Positions 58,644 through 64,000 of a stretch of 64,000 bases of DNA are shown here, piece by piece. The stretch is taken from positions 1,216,001 through 1,280,000 of the forward strand of contig CAWJWJ010000001.1 in the NCBI GenBank assembly GCA_963846575.1. The letters run 5' to 3'. The first letter of the stretch is position 1, and each line of letters opens with the position of its first letter. The translations under genes and the position numbers were made by a program. This stretch comes from an uncultured Nitrospiraceae bacterium. GTDB taxonomy: Bacteria; Nitrospirota; Nitrospiria; Nitrospirales; Nitrospiraceae. The notes under the pieces are model-generated. The model was not told the DNA's origin and ran no database searches. It saw only the letters and a program-made list of their open reading frames with translations.

Positions 58644-58710
58644 TTGACAGCTTTTTGGTTGGGTGTATACTCCAGCCGAAAGGTGGGGTGAAGTGGGTGG
58701 AAATGGAGAA
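58644..58710 (+). promoter_or_regulatory. dcw promoter and MraZ-box-like direct repeats
   Basis: TTGACA-N16-TATACT; GTGGGG/GTGGGT/ATGGAG at 10-bp spacing (58683, 58693, 58703). Confidence 0.65.
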
Positions 58711-59634
58711 ATAGATTCTGCTCACCCCTCCCACGAGCCGGTTTTAGTCGAAGAGATCATGTTCTGGTTGCAGTGTAAACCAGGCGGAGTTTACGTGGAC
58801 TGCACTCTCGGATACGCAGGGCTCGCTTCTCACATCCTCGGTCGCACCGCTCCAGACGGCATCCTTGTCGGAATTGATCGTGATGCCACGGCACTTGCTG
58901 AGTCGCGCAGGCGGCTCAGTGCCGATAGCGCTCGGGCGCGTCTGCTGCACGGAAACTTTCGCGAACTCAAATCGCATGTTGTGGAAAGCGGAGTAAGCCG
59001 CGTGGATGGCGTGGTCTTTGACCTTGGCGTGTCATCTCCTCAACTTGATCGTGCTGAGCGGGGATTCAGTTTCCGTGAAGACGGTCCCCTGGATATGCGC
59101 ATGGATCAAAGTCAAGGTTGCACTGCCGCCGATCTCATTCGTGAGCTCCCCGAAACTGAGCTGGCCGACCTCATTTATAATCTGGGCGAAGAGCGTTATT
59201 CACGAAGAATTGCCCGGGCCATCGTGCAGGCACGAACTCTAGGCGCGATTGAGACCACCTGGAAATTGGCAGCCGTCATTGAGCGCGCCGTGCCCGCCGC
59301 TTATCGTCACGGGCGAATTCATTGCGCCACGCGTAGCTTTCAAGCGTTACGGATTGCCGTGAATCGTGAACTGGACGTGCTGGAGCCGGCGCTTCGGGAT
59401 GCCGTCGATATCCTGACGCCCGGAGGGCGAGTCTGTGCCGTTTCCTTTCATTCGCTTGAGGACAGAATTGTAAAACATACGTTTCGGACTCTGGCCAATG
59501 GCCCCGACGCGTCGGTGAAGGTGCTGACCAAAAAACCAGTCACAGCCTCGGACAATGAGCGTAACCGAAATCCGCGATCGCGAAGCGCAAAATTGCGCGT
59601 CGTCGAGCGGGTTTCCAAGGAGTCTATGCAATGA
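58693..59634 (+). CDS. rsmH: 16S rRNA m4C1402 methyltransferase
   Basis: H.PVL, VDCTLG, DLGVSS.QLD...RGFSF...GPLDMRMD, FHSLEDR, NPRSRSAKLR; start uncertain. Confidence 0.95.
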   Translation: MGGNGEIDSAHPSHEPVLVEEIMFWLQCKPGGVYVDCTLGYAGLASHILGRTAPDGILVGIDRDATALAESRRRLSADSARARLLHGNFRELKSHVVESGVSRVDGVVFDLGVSSPQLDRAERGFSFREDGPLDMRMDQSQGCTAADLIRELPETELADLIYNLGEERYSRRIARAIVQARTLGAIETTWKLAAVIERAVPAAYRHGRIHCATRSFQALRIAVNRELDVLEPALRDAVDILTPGGRVCAVSFHSLEDRIVKHTFRTLANGPDASVKVLTKKPVTASDNERNRNPRSRSAKLRVVERVSKESMQ

Positions 59635-59963
59635 AAGCCGTTGCGTTTGCTGCGGTCACGTCGCTGATCTTGCTCTTCGTGTGGGAGCGGGTGGACATCG
59701 TTCGCATCGGCTATCAAATCGAACGTCTCAAGACGCAGAAGGTCTCCCTTGAACGGGAACGCGACGAATTGCGCGTCAAGCTGTCAGGCTTCACGGCACC
59801 TGAACGCATCGCCCGACTCGCGACTGACAAGTTAGGGATGATGCAGCCGGAGAAAGGCCAGGTCGTGGTGATCAATATGGAGCCGGAGGCGCCGGCGCAT
59901 CCGATCGCCGCCGAGGGTGAGGTGCGGATCGCCAAACACATCGTGACGCGGAGAGTTCGATAG
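59631..59963 (+). CDS. ftsL: Cell division protein FtsL
   Basis: TM plus coiled coil, PERI..LA..KLGM..P; lies between rsmH and ftsI. Confidence 0.85.
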   Translation: MKAVAFAAVTSLILLFVWERVDIVRIGYQIERLKTQKVSLERERDELRVKLSGFTAPERIARLATDKLGMMQPEKGQVVVINMEPEAPAHPIAAEGEVRIAKHIVTRRVR

Positions 59964-59964
59964 T

Positions 59965-61680
59965 ATGGCCATGCCGTTTCGAGGTCGCCGTATTGTGGTG
60001 GCTTGCGGGCTGGCCGTGGCGTTTCTCCTCGTCATCGTCCGTCTGGTGAATCTCCAGGTTCTGCAAGCGGCGGAATTGACGGTGAGGGCCGACCGACAAC
60101 ACCAAAAAAACGTGACATTGGAGGGGGCGCGCGGCACCATCTACGATCGAAACAGCAAAGTCCTGGCGATGAATATGGAAGTGCCGTCTGTCTTCGGGGT
60201 GCCGACCTCGCTGGGAAATCCAGGCCTGACGGCACGAAACCTGTCGCCGATTCTGCGGGTCAAGGCGACGGAACTCGAGAAGAAGCTCAAACAGGAAAAA
60301 CATTTCGTCTGGCTGGCGAGAAAGCTGGATCCCGAACAGGGGCGACGGCTCGAACGGCACCCTTTGGACGGTGTCGGAGTCGTCATGGAGGGCCGGCGCT
60401 ATTATCCCAAGGGGCCGCTCCTCTCGCATGTGCTGGGATTCGCCGGGATGGATGATCGGGGATTGGAAGGGGTGGAGCTGCGGTACGAGCAGGAATTGAG
60501 GGGCGAGAAGCGGGCCGTGGTGTTGCAGCGCGATGCGCTGGGACGGGCGGTTTTTCCCAAAGGTCTGAATCAGGACGGCGCGGCAGCCGGGCACAATCTG
60601 ACCCTCACGGTGGACGAAGTGATTCAGTATATTGCCGAGAAAGAATTGGACGAGGCCGTAAACCGCTCCAATGCGAAGTCCGGCAGCATCGTGGTGATGA
60701 ATCCCAAGACCGGGGCCGTCTTGGCTATGGCGGTCAGTCCCAGGTTCGATCCCAACACGGTGGCGGCTCTGGCCCCGGATCGATGGCGCAATCGCGCGTT
60801 GACGGATACCTATGAGCCTGGCTCAACCATGAAGGCCGTGATTGCAGCGGCGGCGCTTGAAGAAAAAGTGATGACGCCCGGCAGTATGTTATATGGGGAA
60901 AATGGACAGTTTGCCATTGCCAACACTGTGATCCATGACCATGAGAAGGCAGGGTGGATGACCTTTGCGCAGATGATTCACAAGTCGAGCAATATCGGTG
61001 CGGCCAAGGTGGGCATGGCACTCGGTGAGTGGCGGGTGTTCGACTATCTGAAGGATTTTGGATTCGGCGATAAGACCGGAATCGACTTGCCCGGGGAGAC
61101 CGGAGGATTACTGCGGGGCCCGCGTCAATGGGGAAAACGATCCCTGGCTTCCATCTCCATGGGACAGGAAATCGGGGTAACTCCGCTGCAGATGGTGACC
61201 GCGGTGGCCGCCATCGCCAATGGCGGTGTCCTCATGAAGCCCTATGTCGTTTCGGAAATTCGAAATGCCAAAGGCCAATTGGTATCGCAAACTCTTCCTC
61301 AAGCCAAGCGGCGCATCATCTCATCCGATACCGCCAGGACCCTGACAACCCTTCTGGAAGGAGTCGTGACGCACGGAACGGGAGGAAAGGCGGCGATTCC
61401 AGGATATCGCGTGGCAGGAAAGACCGGCACGGCTCAGAAGGTGGACCCGCGGACCGGCGCCTATTCCTCCACTCTCCTGGTGGGCTCTTTTCTCGGGTAT
61501 GTTCCGGCTGAGGATCCGCAGTTGGCCATGATCGTGGTCATCGATGAACCACGGGGCGAAGGTTGGGGCGGCGTCGTGGCTGCGCCTGTGTTTCGCCGTG
61601 TCGGCGAGCAGGTCCTGAACTATTTGGGTGTTGCTGTGGATGAGCCGGTCAAGCTGGCGATGGCCGGCGTGAAATCGTGA
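59965..61680 (+). CDS. ftsI: Division-specific class B penicillin-binding protein
   Basis: RG.IYDRN, YEPGSTMK, SSN, KTGT. Confidence 0.93.
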   Translation: MAMPFRGRRIVVACGLAVAFLLVIVRLVNLQVLQAAELTVRADRQHQKNVTLEGARGTIYDRNSKVLAMNMEVPSVFGVPTSLGNPGLTARNLSPILRVKATELEKKLKQEKHFVWLARKLDPEQGRRLERHPLDGVGVVMEGRRYYPKGPLLSHVLGFAGMDDRGLEGVELRYEQELRGEKRAVVLQRDALGRAVFPKGLNQDGAAAGHNLTLTVDEVIQYIAEKELDEAVNRSNAKSGSIVVMNPKTGAVLAMAVSPRFDPNTVAALAPDRWRNRALTDTYEPGSTMKAVIAAAALEEKVMTPGSMLYGENGQFAIANTVIHDHEKAGWMTFAQMIHKSSNIGAAKVGMALGEWRVFDYLKDFGFGDKTGIDLPGETGGLLRGPRQWGKRSLASISMGQEIGVTPLQMVTAVAAIANGGVLMKPYVVSEIRNAKGQLVSQTLPQAKRRIISSDTARTLTTLLEGVVTHGTGGKAAIPGYRVAGKTGTAQKVDPRTGAYSSTLLVGSFLGYVPAEDPQLAMIVVIDEPRGEGWGGVVAAPVFRRVGEQVLNYLGVAVDEPVKLAMAGVKS

Positions 61681-61681
61681 C

Positions 61682-63190
61682 ATGACCCTCGATGATTTGA
61701 TTGCCCCCATTCAGGGGCGTCTCAAAGTGCTGGAACGGATCGGAGACCAGCGCGTGGAGCTGACGAGTCTGACCGACGATTCCCGGAAAGTTGCGCCCGG
61801 ATCGCTCTTTGTGGCGGTCAAGGGCGAGCGGGCCGATGGACATGAGTTTCTCGAGCGGGTCGCGGCGGCAGGAGCCGCCGCAGTCGTGGTCGAGCGGCCT
61901 GTCGCGAGTCTATCGGTCCCCTGCATTCGCCTGCAGGACTCACGGGGAGCGTTGGGTATCCTCGGCAGTCGCTTCTATGGTGACCCTTCGGCCGCGCTCC
62001 GGATGATCGGGGTGACGGGCACGAACGGTAAAACCACGACGACCTATATCGCAAAGACAATGCTGGAAGCGGCGGACCGGCAGGTTGGCCTTATCGGGAC
62101 GGTGGCATACCTTATCGGGAAGGAGTCGATCCCGGCCTCCCATACCACGCCGGGCGCCCTGGACCTGCAGCGGTTGTTTGCGCGGATGGTCGAGGCCCGG
62201 CTGGATACGGTCGTGATGGAAGTCTCATCCCACGCCTTGGCCCTTGATCGGACCGCTGGATCCGAGTTTGATGTGGCGGTGTTTACGAACCTGACTCAGG
62301 ACCATCTCGATTTCCATGTGGACATGGAACAGTATTTCCAGGCGAAGTTGAAATTGTTCGTCGAGCTGGGACAATCCGGTACGCGCAAGACCCACAAACG
62401 AGCGATCGTCAATGCGGATGATCCCTGGGGCGCACGAATTCGCAGCGCCTGTTCAGTCCCGGTGTGGACCTATGGTTTGCGCCAACCGGCGGATCTTCGT
62501 GCGGAAGGGGTCGTGCTCTCGGCGACCGGGACGACGTTTACTCTACGCAGTCCACAGGGAAGCTGTTCCATTCAGAGCCGGCTGGTGGGAGAGCACAATG
62601 TGTATAACCTCCTGGCCGCGATCGGCGTGGTGCTGCATGAGGGGTTGACGCTGGACCAGGTTTGCTCCGCCGTGAGAGCCGTCTCGAATGTGCCGGGACG
62701 GTTTGAACGTGTGGAGGCCGGGCAGGGATTCACGGTCGTGGTGGACTATGCCCATACAGAGGACGCTCTGGTTCGGTTGCTGACCGCGGCCCAGGCGCTC
62801 CGCACGGGACGTATCATCACGGTGTTCGGCTGCGGCGGCGACCGAGACCGGACCAAACGCCCCAAGATGGGTCATGCGGCAGTGCGATATAGCGATGTGG
62901 TGCTGTTGACGTCCGACAATCCGCGGACCGAAGACCCCGCCGCCATTTTGAGGGAAGTGGAAGCGGGGGTGAAGCAAGCGCTGGTCGATCACGCCGAGGT
63001 GCAGTACCGCATGATCGAAGATCGCAGGACTGCCATCCAGGCGGCGATACAAGAGGCCAAAGCAGGCGATATGGTATTGATCGCAGGGAAGGGGCACGAA
63101 GATTATCAGATCCTGGGGACTACAAAACATCATTTCGATGATCGCGAAGTGGCCCGCGAAAGCATCATGGCACTCCGGCCAGGCGCATAG
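61682..63190 (+). CDS. murE: UDP-MurNAc-tripeptide synthetase (meso-DAP type)
   Basis: GVTGTNGKTTT, MEVSSH, DYAH, DNPR, AGKGHE. Confidence 0.95.
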   Translation: MTLDDLIAPIQGRLKVLERIGDQRVELTSLTDDSRKVAPGSLFVAVKGERADGHEFLERVAAAGAAAVVVERPVASLSVPCIRLQDSRGALGILGSRFYGDPSAALRMIGVTGTNGKTTTTYIAKTMLEAADRQVGLIGTVAYLIGKESIPASHTTPGALDLQRLFARMVEARLDTVVMEVSSHALALDRTAGSEFDVAVFTNLTQDHLDFHVDMEQYFQAKLKLFVELGQSGTRKTHKRAIVNADDPWGARIRSACSVPVWTYGLRQPADLRAEGVVLSATGTTFTLRSPQGSCSIQSRLVGEHNVYNLLAAIGVVLHEGLTLDQVCSAVRAVSNVPGRFERVEAGQGFTVVVDYAHTEDALVRLLTAAQALRTGRIITVFGCGGDRDRTKRPKMGHAAVRYSDVVLLTSDNPRTEDPAAILREVEAGVKQALVDHAEVQYRMIEDRRTAIQAAIQEAKAGDMVLIAGKGHEDYQILGTTKHHFDDREVARESIMALRPGA

Positions 63191-63222
63191 GTGAGCATGG
63201 CGAGTGTGGGAGCAGTGACGTG

Positions 63223-64000
63223 ATGGCGATGTTTACGGTGGAAGAAATCTGTGAGGTTCTGAGCGCCAGGCCGCAGACTGGACCGGCCGGGCGCGACTTG
63301 AAGCAACGCATCCGTCGTGTGGTGACCGATTCGCGACTGGCAGGACCAGGCGATCTCTTTCTCGCACTCCAAGGCGAACGGTTTGATGGTCATGCGTTCG
63401 TCGAAAAAGCGCTTGCACAGGGAGCGGTCTGCGCCATCGTCCAGGAAGACTATCGTCTCCGGCCCTCCTCGAAACGAGCGCAGCCCCCGATCTTGCTCGC
63501 GGTGCGGGATACCCTCGAGGGCTATCAGCGACTAGCCACGCACTATCGGAATCGGTTTCCAATTCCACTCATCGCGATTACGGGGAGCAACGGCAAGACG
63601 ACTACCAAGGAAATGGTCGCTCATGTGGTTGCGCAGCGCTTTAAAACGCTGAAGACGGAGGGTAATCTCAACAACCGTATCGGTGTTCCCCAGACCCTCT
63701 TTCAACTGGCGACGCGGCATCAAGCGGCGGTCATTGAAATGGGCGTGGATCAACAGGGGCAGACCACCCGCTTGTGCGAGATTGCGAGGCCGACGATCGG
63801 CGTGATCACCAATATCGGTCCTGACCATTTGGAGTTCTTCGGGAGCATGGAGGGATCCGCCCAAGCCAAGGCCGAACTGTTGGACCATCTGCCTGCCGAA
63901 GGCGCAGTGGTGTTGAATGCCGACGATGAATACTTCGACTACCTGGCCGCCCGGGCTCGATGCCGCGTCGTAGCGTTCGGTCGTTCGCCGAAGGCGGAGA
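63223..64000 (+). CDS. murF: UDP-MurNAc-pentapeptide synthetase (partial, runs off the window)
   Basis: Read directly: TDSR, GERFDGH, ITGSNGKTTTKEM, NLNN.IG.P, EMG, NIG.DH.E. Confidence 0.93.
   Translation, partial: MAMFTVEEICEVLSARPQTGPAGRDLKQRIRRVVTDSRLAGPGDLFLALQGERFDGHAFVEKALAQGAVCAIVQEDYRLRPSSKRAQPPILLAVRDTLEGYQRLATHYRNRFPIPLIAITGSNGKTTTKEMVAHVVAQRFKTLKTEGNLNNRIGVPQTLFQLATRHQAAVIEMGVDQQGQTTRLCEIARPTIGVITNIGPDHLEFFGSMEGSAQAKAELLDHLPAEGAVVLNADDEYFDYLAARARCRVVAFGRSPKAE

Overview
GC-rich bacterial chromosomal window. The gene content and small lineage-specific proteins suggest Nitrospira/Nitrospirota, which is an inference and not verified. From left to right: a metal/envelope-stress block (cupredoxin-like protein, Slp lipoprotein, DsbA-like, CopA with five N-terminal metal-binding domains, DegP, NikR with a clear operator, TonB-dependent receptor); mpg; a two-GAF sensor kinase lacking its phosphoacceptor His; a cytochrome c/OB-fold/4TM trio; ispA-hpnA-cruF-like isoprenoid genes, divergent from an operon of small Zn-binding unknowns that includes a standalone PHD-finger-like protein; DUF2914, DUF2167 + site-2 protease, FNR-like reductase, speD-like and SCP2 genes; a TetR-RND efflux operon; a six-gene phosphonolipid-type (aminoethylphosphonate/CDP-alcohol) operon with no PEP mutase in view; a surface-glycan locus that contains an intact nickel-pincer LarA homolog; hsp20 with a structured leader; cstA, yajQ and a beta-propeller lipoprotein; and the start of the dcw cluster (rsmH-ftsL-ftsI-murE-murF), preceded by DnaA boxes and MraZ-like boxes but no mraZ. 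No rRNA, tRNA, CRISPR array or mobile element was recognised. All calls come from motif reading only; no database search was run.
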